Origin: an uncultured archaeon
GTDB taxonomy: Archaea; Asgardarchaeota; Lokiarchaeia; Sigyniarchaeales; SOKP01
Reading direction: 5' to 3'
Assembly (NCBI GenBank): GCA_964486045.1
Contig: CAZALK010000005.1
Location: forward strand, 160,001-224,000
DNA: 64,000 nucleotides
Part shown: piece by piece, positions 29,825-38,765 of the stretch
Layout of the letters: each line of letters starts with the position of its first letter
How positions within the stretch are numbered: position 1 is the stretch's first letter
Notes under the pieces: model-generated
What the model saw: only the letters and a program-made list of their open reading frames with translations
What the model was told of the DNA's origin: nothing
Database searches by the model: none
Program-made: the position numbers and the translations under genes

Positions 29825-30562
29825 ATGGAAATCAATTATCAAGACATAGGTTTGATTAAAAATCAATTATACGAAGTCTTAGCAACCACTTTTACATTTA
29901 AGGATAATGAAATTATACCTAACACCTCATGTATGGGAGTAAGATTAATAGGTGATAGAGTAATTCAAATGACTCCTTATCCACTTACAAAAACTTTAAA
30001 GAATTTAAGAAAAAATGGGCTTATCATACTTAATTTTGTTGATAATATATATTTGTATGCATTAACCTCCTTGAAAGATCCAGATCCTCTTATTGATTTA
30101 AAACAATTCCCAGATGAATTTTATAATCACCATAAGATTATCTATAAAAAGGAAATTGAGCCGATTTTTAAAGATCTGAGTGATAATAAGCTATTATTAG
30201 TTCCCTATATAAAAAATGCTTGGGCATTTGCTCTTTGTAAAACTATTGAAGATAAACAAATTATCAAGAAAGATAGTCTAGGTGAATCAAAAATTGTTGA
30301 GTTTAAGTTGAAAATTTACTCATTAGTGAAAAATAGAGAATCTTTTAAACTTTTTAATAGAGCTGAAAATTTAACATTAGAAATCTTAATCTTAGCAACA
30401 CGCTTAAAGATTGCTAAAGAAAGAAATGATAAGCAGTTATGTAATAGAATTCATGGAAAAATATTAGATTATATCAAAGTTATTGAGAGATTTAGTAAAA
30501 ATTCAAAAGTTAAAAAATCCCTTCAATTAGTTAGTAAATATTTGAATACAATAAATTATTAA
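29825..30562 (+). CDS. DUF447-family protein
   Basis: YEVLATT..PN..MGV, KTLKNL, FNRA...LE..ILATR. Confidence 0.7.
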   Translation: MEINYQDIGLIKNQLYEVLATTFTFKDNEIIPNTSCMGVRLIGDRVIQMTPYPLTKTLKNLRKNGLIILNFVDNIYLYALTSLKDPDPLIDLKQFPDEFYNHHKIIYKKEIEPIFKDLSDNKLLLVPYIKNAWAFALCKTIEDKQIIKKDSLGESKIVEFKLKIYSLVKNRESFKLFNRAENLTLEILILATRLKIAKERNDKQLCNRIHGKILDYIKVIERFSKNSKVKKSLQLVSKYLNTINY

Positions 30563-30664
30563 ACTTCTTGAAGAACCACCATAGGGCTTTTAAATGGTAT
30601 TGTTTTCTTTTCTTTAATCTTTATACTGATATTTTTCGTCTTCATCATAAAATTTCTTACTGAG

Positions 30665-31060
30665 TTAATCAATAATGGTTATTTTTTCTATGAACATAAG
30701 GGGATATTGCATATCTTCAATCCAATCAATTTTAGCTAGCACTTCCACATCCTCATATTTAATTATTAATTCAGCTCGAATGATATTTCCCGTGATTTCG
30801 TCATAATCGAATGTTGTGGATTTATCTCCTACTATTTTATCTTTATCTAATTTAATTTTAACTGATTTGACAAAAGGCTGGCAACTAATTGCTGCTTCAA
30901 TTCCATTTTCTATAGAACTAATAATTTTTTCGTCTGAACTTATAGGAATTCCACACAAAATATGATAAAGAGTACCTAGTTTAATTCCTGTTTCAAAACA
31001 AGCTCTCTCTCTTAAGTTTAAACTCGATGAGAAATAGATCTTTTCATTTTTTCTTGACAT
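30665..31060 (-). CDS. mptD: Archaeal dihydroneopterin aldolase
   Basis: RERACFETGIKLGTLYH, QPFV, YPLM. Confidence 0.85.
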   Translation of the reverse strand: MSRKNEKIYFSSSLNLRERACFETGIKLGTLYHILCGIPISSDEKIISSIENGIEAAISCQPFVKSVKIKLDKDKIVGDKSTTFDYDEITGNIIRAELIIKYEDVEVLAKIDWIEDMQYPLMFIEKITIID

Positions 31061-31066
31061 AAAATA

Positions 31067-32086
31067 TCAGTCGAAATATTCAATTTTTGCTCCTGTATTA
31101 TTCGGTTTACAGATATAAATATGCCCTCCACCGTTCTTCCGATTTTTTTGCACTTCTTTTAGAATAGCTTCCACTTCTGAATCAGATTCTACAATCCCAA
31201 TAACGCTAGGACCAAATGAAGACATCCCATAAGCTTTTAATCCATATTCATCAAAAAATGTCAAAAGATTCTTAACAATTTCATTCTGAAGGTCAATTTC
31301 GATCTTTTTAAAGCCAATATTTTGAATTCTTTTCAACCCTTCCCCAAAACACTTTAAGTCATTCTTTATAATCCCTGGAATCATTTTCATTATAATTTGA
31401 TGAGAAACCTCATTTACTTCCTTTTGGGGAATTGGCGCGTAATTCTGAAAAACCCTAATTTCTTCATCCCCAAAAGCACCTTTTTTGACATCAGGAATTA
31501 CTAATAAAAATCTCCAATTTTCAGGGATGTTATGCCGAGAAATTGTTAATGCTGGATTCACTGAAGGGGAAGCAGATGAGGGTAAAAAAGTTTCTTTTTC
31601 TTTTCCAAACCCAAAGTCATGTCCACCATCTAATATAAAACCTCCTGTCTCAAAACCACTCCAACCAATCCCAGATGTACCTCCCCTATTTACCATTTGA
31701 GTCATTTGTTTTATAGATAAATGATTAATATTCTTCAATTTGGTTATCGCACTGATGATAGCTAAAGATAGTTGAGTTTTTGACCCTAGTCCTACGTGTG
31801 AGGGAAAGTATCTTTTAAGGTTGAAGTGGAAATTTTTATTACTAATATTAAATGTTTTAAATACTTTTGAAGCAATTTCATTGATTACTTCTATTGACTC
31901 TCTATAATATTTATGAGCTTCAATCTGAAACTCCTCAGCACTATTTGAAGCCTCAAACACGACGTTAGGCTGATCTAACATAAGACCTATACCGCCATCA
32001 ACTCGACCAGTATACCCATTTTCATCTATTAAAGAAAGGTGTATGCGACATGGGGTTGTAATTCTTAAGGATGTCATATTTTTCAA
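31067..32086 (-). CDS. mptG: Beta-ribofuranosylaminobenzene 5'-phosphate (RFAP) synthase, GHMP family
   Basis: TPCRIHLSLID, GRVDGGIG, HVGLGSKTQL, GGFILDGGH, MSSFGP. Confidence 0.9.
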   Translation of the reverse strand: MKNMTSLRITTPCRIHLSLIDENGYTGRVDGGIGLMLDQPNVVFEASNSAEEFQIEAHKYYRESIEVINEIASKVFKTFNISNKNFHFNLKRYFPSHVGLGSKTQLSLAIISAITKLKNINHLSIKQMTQMVNRGGTSGIGWSGFETGGFILDGGHDFGFGKEKETFLPSSASPSVNPALTISRHNIPENWRFLLVIPDVKKGAFGDEEIRVFQNYAPIPQKEVNEVSHQIIMKMIPGIIKNDLKCFGEGLKRIQNIGFKKIEIDLQNEIVKNLLTFFDEYGLKAYGMSSFGPSVIGIVESDSEVEAILKEVQKNRKNGGGHIYICKPNNTGAKIEYFD

Positions 32087-32298
32087 TTTAGAAGAGCAAT
32101 TTCAACTATGATTAAGAGTTTTTATAATAATTTAAATGTTTAATGTCTTCTAAACATAAATTTCTCAATAAATGGGAAATGTGTAGATTATTGACTCAAT
32201 TAAAAGCAAATAATCAGATTATTAATGATCAAAGAATTTTTCTTTTAGATTTTGCTATAAGATTTATTGCTAAAATTCGTAATAATAAGGTTGTTATA

Positions 32299-32811
32299 TT
32301 GAGTGATCTAGAAGGATTGACAAGGAATTTATTGAGTAAAGGATATACGGACCAACAAATTATTCAAAGATTGGTTCAGGAATATCATGACTTTAAAGAA
32401 ATTGAAGATGCTTCAGCAGTTAAGCTTGCGGAAGCTATCTTAGATGAGTGCAGAAAAAGTGATAAAAATCTAATAACTGACTCCGTTATCAAAGATATAT
32501 TAGATATAAATAAATCTGAAGTTACAGTAGGTAAGCAAGGTGTGGGATGTAGAGGTGCAGGAGATTTTTTTGTTCATAAATTAATCGCTGAATTGTCAGA
32601 AACAGGATCAAAAGCTTATTTAACTCCAGTTTCCTTAGATGATGCAGGAGCAGTCAATTTACTAGACATTAATGATAATATAAATTTATCAGGCTTAAAA
32701 GAAAATTTATTTATTGTCTCAAAAATGGAAGGAATTCATTCTCGATTAAGCGATTTTCCATTTATCTGTGGTTTTCATGTTACTCGAGCGTGTTTAAGGG
32801 ATTTACCTTAA
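32299..32811 (+). pseudogene. N-terminal fragment (170 aa) of PurM-like/AIR-synthase-related gene, intron-less paralog of 34799-36205
   Basis: TTG start SDLEGL aligns with 34799; GVGCRG.GDFFVH, EGIHSRLSDFPF.CGFHVTRA; stops after LRDLP. Confidence 0.8.
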
Positions 32812-32813
32812 AC
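32792..32813. repeat. 8-6-8 inverted repeat at the truncation point
   Basis: GTTTAAGG-GATTTA-CCTTAAAC, includes the TAA stop. Confidence 0.7.
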
Positions 32814-32877
32814 TTTATACTATTATAAATAATTAAAATAATGAAATTATTATTATTTACAGAAATTCTGAAATTTA

Positions 32878-32895
32878 ATACTGATACATCAGTAT
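32878..32895. promoter_or_regulatory. Palindrome, possible protein-binding site
   Basis: ATACTGAT-AC-ATCAGTAT. Confidence 0.35.
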
Positions 32896-32995
32896 CAACT
32901 GTAAAGCCCTTTAGATTTATTGATAACTCTACATCAGAATAAGTTCGAAAATTTCTAGAAAAAAGATAATATCTATAAATTTGATTTCCTTAATT

Positions 32996-33214
32996 TTAAC
33001 TTTTCTTTCTATTTATTAAATAATCAAGTATATTCTCAATTTCTTCATCTTCTTTAAAGTAGATAGGTTGATCTCTTAGAGCAGATCCAAAGATATTTTG
33101 TATAAATTGTCCAAATCTCAAATCTGGGGAATTTTGCCACAGTTTTTCTATTTTTTCTAATATTCTCTTTATCCTCTTAGGATCGCGGTCTTCACTCCAA
33201 AGTTCTATAATCAT
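32996..33214 (-). CDS. Small phage-type protein (RDPKRI...W...PDLRFGQ family)
   Basis: Motif recalled from small phage-associated proteins; a paralog lies adjacent. Confidence 0.6.
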   Translation of the reverse strand: MIIELWSEDRDPKRIKRILEKIEKLWQNSPDLRFGQFIQNIFGSALRDQPIYFKEDEEIENILDYLINRKKS

Positions 33215-33251
33215 GACCTCTTTTTCTTTACTGATTTAAATATGTTATTCT

Positions 33252-33365
33252 TTAACTCCCAAAAACAAAACTTAATAACAATTCTCCCAATCTTTGTTGA
33301 GGAAAATGGCTCCAAACCTCTTCTAATAATCGACATATCCTTTTAATTCTCTTCTTATCTCGCAT
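33252..33365 (-). pseudogene. Short or truncated paralog of 32996-33214
   Basis: Manual translation MRDKKRIKRICRLLEEVWSHFPQQRLGELLLSFVFGS*. Confidence 0.6.
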
Positions 33366-33556
33366 AGTATATCCAATCTTCTAAATAATTTAAAAAAAAA
33401 AGACCACATCGAATTATTAATTAAATCCTCACACTTTCATTTCTTTTTTTCAATAATCGGTTTTTTTATATCTAACAGAATCTTATGTTTAAAAAGATAT
33501 TAATTAAACAACCACAATTATGTAGATTATTCATAAAAAGGTTTTACAAATAACCC

Positions 33557-33785
33557 ATGAAATTAAAAAAACTATGGTTATTATATGAAATAATAGATAA
33601 GAACCCAGGATATACCATTGATGAATTGCAACAGAAGGTAAAGTGGACAAGAAAAAAAATCACAAGATAATGCTAAAAAATTAGTTAGAGACAAAATAGT
33701 GCTACAACCAAAATATTTTCCTACTCCATTCAAAGACTTAATTAATTGGGATGAAATAAAATATGCCAAAAAACCAATAGATTAA
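33557..33785 (+). pseudogene. Frameshifted small winged-helix protein
   Basis: MKLKKLWLLYEIIDKNPGYTIDELQQKVKWTRKKITR, then shifted frame AKKLVRDKIVLQPKYFPTPFKDLINWDEIKY; one extra base near 33660-33670. Confidence 0.5.
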
Positions 33786-34067
33786 ACAATTTCTTCCAAG
33801 TTAATCAAAAGAAGTCATTCATCAACTAAAAAATCGATAAATAGGATTTTCCATTGATAAATAGATTTTATCTTATCTGATTTAAGTAAAACTGTCGTCA
33901 TTGAAATTAACGAAGAATACTTTCTTAACCTTCGAATTTTCTTAATACTATTGATCTTTGGGTTTTACTATAAAATCATATTATTTAAAAAATAAGGAAG
34001 TAGATGTAAGGCTATAAAAAAATGAAAATATATTTTATTTGATTATTAATGGGCATACATAATAGTA

Positions 34068-34181
34068 TTATGGTCCTCCTCCATCCCCCCAATGGCCCAA
34101 TACCATGCTAGCCATAGGTATAAAGGAGGTAATGCCAACCAATACAAATAAAAGAACCTTATATAATTTAGTTAATTTCAT
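34068..34181 (-). CDS. Putative 37-aa membrane/secreted peptide
   Basis: MKLTKLYKVLLFVLVGITSFIPMASMVLGHWGDGGGP*: basic N-region, hydrophobic core, polar Gly-rich tail. Confidence 0.4.
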   Translation of the reverse strand: MKLTKLYKVLLFVLVGITSFIPMASMVLGHWGDGGGP

Positions 34182-34798
34182 ACTACTAACCTTGTTATAA
34201 AATGAAATGAATTTCCAGTGCTTTTACTGGTGTTATTATTTCTAAATACTTCTATTTAAACTGATATAATTTTCTTAATGAAGATTTTAATTAGATCAAA
34301 TTGCTCTGGAAGTAATGCGAAAATATTAATAAAATCCTTATTAGGTTTTTAATAAAAAAATTCTAGCTAACTGGATAAGTATTTTATATTTCATAAAAAG
34401 AATTTTCTCTACTTTCCATCAAGAAGTATTTTAATCGATAAAATAGAATTTTTCTAAAAAAAATATAGCAAGTTTTGAGGAATATAAGATTTTGTTGACT
34501 AAATACGTCTTTCTGATTTACAAAATTTTTGATTGTTCGGGATTTTGAATTGATTAATAGCTTAACTTATATTTTTTCATATCTTAGGTTAAATGGGCAT
34601 ATCTAAAATTTCGTTATATTATTCGTTCAAAATTATCAAATATATTTTGATTTGAGTAATATTCTTTTTAACTTATAGAAGTATAAGTAATAAAAGAGAC
34701 TTTTCCTTAAAAAAAATAGATTTGATGGGGTAATATATTTTATAATCTCTATATTTAATAAATTAATATAGAATGATTTACATGCAAAGGTTTTATTT

Positions 34799-36205
34799 TT
34801 GAGTGATTTAGAAGGATTGACTAGAAAGTTAATGGAAAAAGGTTTTAAAAAGGAAGAAATCATTGTAAGGCTTGTTAATGAATATATGGATTTTAAAGAC
34901 ATTGACCAAGAGTCCGCAACTCTTCTTGCTGCAGCAATTTATGAAGAATGTAAAAAGAGCGATATAATAACTGTTTCAGATCCCTTTATAAGAAATTTGT
35001 TAGATATTAATATGGCAAATGTAACTATTGGAAAACAAGGAGTGGGTTGTAGAGGATCAGGCGACTTTTTTGTTCATAAACTCGTTGCAGAGTTATCTGA
35101 AACAGAAATAAGGGCATATTTATCACCTAACTCCTTAGATGATGCTGGAGCTGTGAAGATTAGTGATATTGACGGATTTAAAACAGAAGATGATCTAATC
35201 ATTGTATCTAAAATGGAAGGAATTCATAGCCGCTTAAGTGACTTTCCATTCTTGTGTGGTTTTCACGTAAATTCATGTAATGCGTTTGTGTGAAGCGTAT
35301 CGAGAGCTGCACTACGAGATCTCTATGTTAAAGGCGCTAAGCCTATTTCAATAATGGTTGATGTACATCTAGGAGATGATGCAGACGTAGGTAAACTTTT
35401 TGATTTTATGGCAGGTATATCTTCTGTTTCAGAATTAGCAAATGTTCCAATAACAGCAGGTTCAACTTTGAGAATAGGTGGTGATATGGTTATAGGTAAT
35501 CGATTGGTAGGGGGTGTAAGTGCTGTAGGTATCTGTACCAACTTATTGGCTAGGAGAAATATTAAAATTGGTGATAAGATACTAATGACTGAGGGAGCTG
35601 GTGGAGGTACAATAACTACAACAGCGATCTATTCTGGGAATCACAATGTTGTCAAAGAAACAATGAATGTTAAGTTTCTTGAAGCTTGTGAAGTGTTATT
35701 AAATTCGGATTACCTAAAAGACATTAGTGCTATGTGTGATGTTACAAATGGAGGACTTCGAGGAGATCTCTATGAAATTAACTATGAAGCTAACTGTGGT
35801 ATGACAATATATGAAAATGAGGTAAAAAAACTTGTAAATCTAAACGTTTTAAATCTTTTAGAGAAAGTGCAAGTTGATTATTTAGGTGTTTCTCTTGATG
35901 CTCTCCTAATTTATTGTTCTGAATCTGCTTCAAAAAAAATTATTTCAGATTTAAAAAGAATAAGTATAAGATGTGCCGAGATTGGTTTCGTGAATGACTC
36001 AAAGGAAATATCCATGATATATTCCGATAAATCGAAAGAAAAAGTCCTTCCACGATTTCGAGAATCGGCATATACAAAAGTTAAACAAGTAATTGGTGAA
36101 GAAACTCCAGAATTGATTAAAGTAATGGAAAAGAAAATTGAAGTCGCAGCCAACGCTGCTTTAGAAAAGCGTAACAATATTATAAGAATTATCAAAAATC
36201 TTTGA
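34799..36205 (+). CDS. PurM-like/AIR-synthase-related protein, join(34799..35270,35301..36205), 458 aa after splicing
   Basis: Two track ORFs are in the same frame, separated only by a TGA inside a 30-nt insert; spliced product reads GFHVTRAALRDLYVKGAKP; GSTLRIGGDMV and DVTNGG motifs. Confidence 0.88.
35271..35300 (+). other. 30-nt bulge-helix-bulge (BHB) intron in mRNA
   Basis: Exon stem 35254-35264/35302-35312, central helix ACGU/GCGU, bulges AAA (35269-71) and AUC (35299-301), intron stem 35272-80/35286-94; contains in-frame UGA. Confidence 0.85.
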
Positions 36206-36207
36206 TC

Positions 36208-37077
36208 TTAAGTGAGTGTGAGAACTTCATTCATTGAGCCAGAACGAAATCCTTCTAAATCAATGGTTATATAGTTAAAACCAATTTCCTTGAATTTCTT
36301 TTTAATTAAGTTTAAATTCTCAGATTTAAATATATTTGGTAAATCAACCTGTAAAAGTTCAATACGAGCTAGACCATTCTCATGATGTCTTACTCTTAAT
36401 TGTGTTAGGTTAAAAGTTTTTTTCAAAAATCTCTCTCCTTCTCTTATGCGATATAATTTTTCTTCATTTATCTCTTGACCATATGGAACTCTTGAGGAAA
36501 AACATGCCATTGAAGGTTTTGAGTGAACAGATAAGTCAAAATATTTACAAATTTCCCGAATTTCTTGTTTGTTCATATTATATTCAACATATGGCGTGAA
36601 TATATCTAAATCTTTCAATGCTTGCATTCCAGGGCGGTAATCTAAGAGATCATCTGCATTTGATCCGTCTAAAATGGTTTCAAAGTTTCTTTCTTTCTTC
36701 ACTTTTATGATATCCTGATAAAGACCAGTTTTACATAAGTAACATCTATTTTCAGGATTACATTGAAATTCTTTGTCGTTTAAAGGATGACGCTCAATAA
36801 TCTCATGTGGGATATTGTGGGAGCTAGCAAATTTACTAGCTTCTTCAATTTCTTCATCAGGATAAAGGATAGATTTTTCGGTTAAAAGTAGAGTTTCTTT
36901 AGCATACCGGCTTGACAGATAAGCTAAAAGTGAACTATCAACTCCTCCAGAAAAAGCCACTAATACTTTTTTTCCACTTAAAAATGAAGTAATATCATTT
37001 AACTTCTTTTTTACAATGTTCGATAATTCCATAATATTTACGAATGCCTTAGATAAACTATGTAGATTATTTAACAA
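36208..37077 (-). CDS. larE: LarE-like ATP-dependent sulfur transferase (PP-loop); start probably ATG at 37032
   Basis: AFSGGVDS, RCYLCK, DYRPG, PSMACFSSR, RVRHH, GFRSGSMN. Confidence 0.85.
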   Translation of the reverse strand: MLNNLHSLSKAFVNIMELSNIVKKKLNDITSFLSGKKVLVAFSGGVDSSLLAYLSSRYAKETLLLTEKSILYPDEEIEEASKFASSHNIPHEIIERHPLNDKEFQCNPENRCYLCKTGLYQDIIKVKKERNFETILDGSNADDLLDYRPGMQALKDLDIFTPYVEYNMNKQEIREICKYFDLSVHSKPSMACFSSRVPYGQEINEEKLYRIREGERFLKKTFNLTQLRVRHHENGLARIELLQVDLPNIFKSENLNLIKKKFKEIGFNYITIDLEGFRSGSMNEVLTLT

Positions 37078-37137
37078 AATAAAAATTACGATTATATATT
37101 AAAAATTAATCTCGAATAAATTAAAGAGGTAAAATAA

Positions 37138-37941
37138 TTACCACTTAAAGCTTGGGTTGAAAAATAGGAGAGTGTTAAGCTTCTGTAATGTAATGAAAAC
37201 TATGACATAATACCAACTTAAGGCAGAAAAAAGCATTATCCATTCAAGAAACTGCCTTGTCAATGGTTCTGGGCTAATAAGAAATAATATTGTAGCAGTC
37301 GAAGGTCCTAATATCATGAAGTATCCAATGGGTTTTGGAAATAATTTTTTCTTTATGACAATCGCGAGGCCCGTGAAAAAAGCACCAAAAGCAAAACCAC
37401 CAAATGCTAATGTAGAGAAGAAATAGTGTATATCAAAGATGGAACGATCTTCACTAAAGACACCAACAAAGAACAATCCAAATATTCCTACTACAAGAAA
37501 GACTACACCTGTATAACCAAATATTCTTCTAAATTTATTTACATAATGGGTACGCTTCAAATTATCGATATTCTCAACCATAGTTGAACTATACAGCCGA
37601 TTTAAATTAAGTATTAAGGGTACTATAAAGACTGATGAAACAATGCAAGTTATATCGAGTATAAACGGTGCTGGAGTATATTTAATCGACCCTAAATCAC
37701 TGATGTAATTGAACCATATACTATATGGAAGGGGACCAAAATTTAATGCAACAATCAAACCTAAGATTAATCCGGGTAAAAAGGTTGCTAAACTAATGTA
37801 AATTGATATCTTAACAATTTTAGGATCGGTTATTTTGTCGTAAAATTTCCTACCGTTTTGCTTCATCTTTTTGAATTTCGGATTTACAAAAGCAACATAA
37901 AACTTATTAAATCGTTCCAAATAAGATACCTTTTCACTCAT
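37138..37941 (-). CDS. DUF998-like membrane protein
   Basis: YSIWFNYISDLG, GVFSED, H, LEW; about 6 TM. Confidence 0.7.
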   Translation of the reverse strand: MSEKVSYLERFNKFYVAFVNPKFKKMKQNGRKFYDKITDPKIVKISIYISLATFLPGLILGLIVALNFGPLPYSIWFNYISDLGSIKYTPAPFILDITCIVSSVFIVPLILNLNRLYSSTMVENIDNLKRTHYVNKFRRIFGYTGVVFLVVGIFGLFFVGVFSEDRSIFDIHYFFSTLAFGGFAFGAFFTGLAIVIKKKLFPKPIGYFMILGPSTATILFLISPEPLTRQFLEWIMLFSALSWYYVIVFITLQKLNTLLFFNPSFKW

Positions 37942-38124
37942 TTTATTCCCTCAAATTAGTTAATTTAATCTCCCATTCGTATTAAAGTTATTTTAACTCC
38001 GAAATTGAATTCAATATATTCTTAACCCGTTTTCTTATCTATTTCATATATTTTATATTTATATTTCTATCTTTTTTATCAAATTACGTTTAAAATGGAC
38101 AGATTTTAAAAATACAAAGATTTA

Positions 38125-38142
38125 TATACTATTCATAGTATA
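38125..38142. promoter_or_regulatory. Palindromic operator upstream of PadR gene
   Basis: TATACTAT-TC-ATAGTATA overlapping TATA-like TTTATATA. Confidence 0.5.
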
Positions 38143-38207
38143 GTATTCATAAGATAATATAAAATAAATACTATATAAAACAAAAATTAGCAAATGAAAA
38201 AGAGGAG

Positions 38208-38765
38208 TTGATAACAATTATCAAACGTGTAAAGGAATTAGGTTCTGATGCATTAATCGCTTCAAAAAAATTTAGAGATTATGTTGAAAAGCAAGAAACT
38301 GAGATTAATAGAGGAATTAGCTCGCTTTGTATATTATCAACAATTATGCAGTCTGAAGAAAAGGAACTACATGGATACAAAATTTTAAAAGATCTTACAG
38401 AAAAGACAAATGAGATGTTAGTTATCGAGGAAGGAACGCTTTACCCAATATTACGAAAATTAGAACAAGATAATATTATTACATCGAGAAGAGAAGAATC
38501 TGGAAGGAAAAGGAAATTTTATAGCATGACTAATCATGGAAAACAAGTCCTTAATCACCTAGTAGGATTTTATTCGAAATTGACAGAGGCTATCGCGCCT
38601 TTATTTGATGTAAAGGTTGATTTAAAGCAAGAAAAATATTTTTATTGTCCAATGTGTGCCAACAAATTTGAGATTTCATCAATCTCTGAAGAGTTGAAAT
38701 TTTGTACGATTTGTGGGTTTAATATTGAACAAGAATTAGAAAAACGAGGTTTAAGAAATGAATGA
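38208..38765 (+). CDS. PadR-family regulator with C-terminal zinc ribbon
   Basis: LHGYKI, EGTLYPILRKLE, RKFYSMT; CPMC...CTICG. Confidence 0.88.
   Translation: MITIIKRVKELGSDALIASKKFRDYVEKQETEINRGISSLCILSTIMQSEEKELHGYKILKDLTEKTNEMLVIEEGTLYPILRKLEQDNIITSRREESGRKRKFYSMTNHGKQVLNHLVGFYSKLTEAIAPLFDVKVDLKQEKYFYCPMCANKFEISSISEELKFCTICGFNIEQELEKRGLRNE

Noticed and set aside
32143-32298. N-terminal 52 codons of track ORF 32143-32811
   Set aside because: Homology to the paralog begins at TTG 32299; the upstream part is probably promoter DNA
35291-35293. In-frame UGA read as selenocysteine or by readthrough
   Set aside because: It lies in a 10-codon insert absent from the paralog and does not align to a Cys; readthrough would leave an insertion in a conserved motif, whereas BHB splicing restores it exactly
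35267-35295. Spliceosomal-type GT...AG intron (GTAAAT...AAG)
   Set aside because: It is 29 nt, so removal would frameshift the gene; the BHB boundaries give 30 nt and the expected Thr
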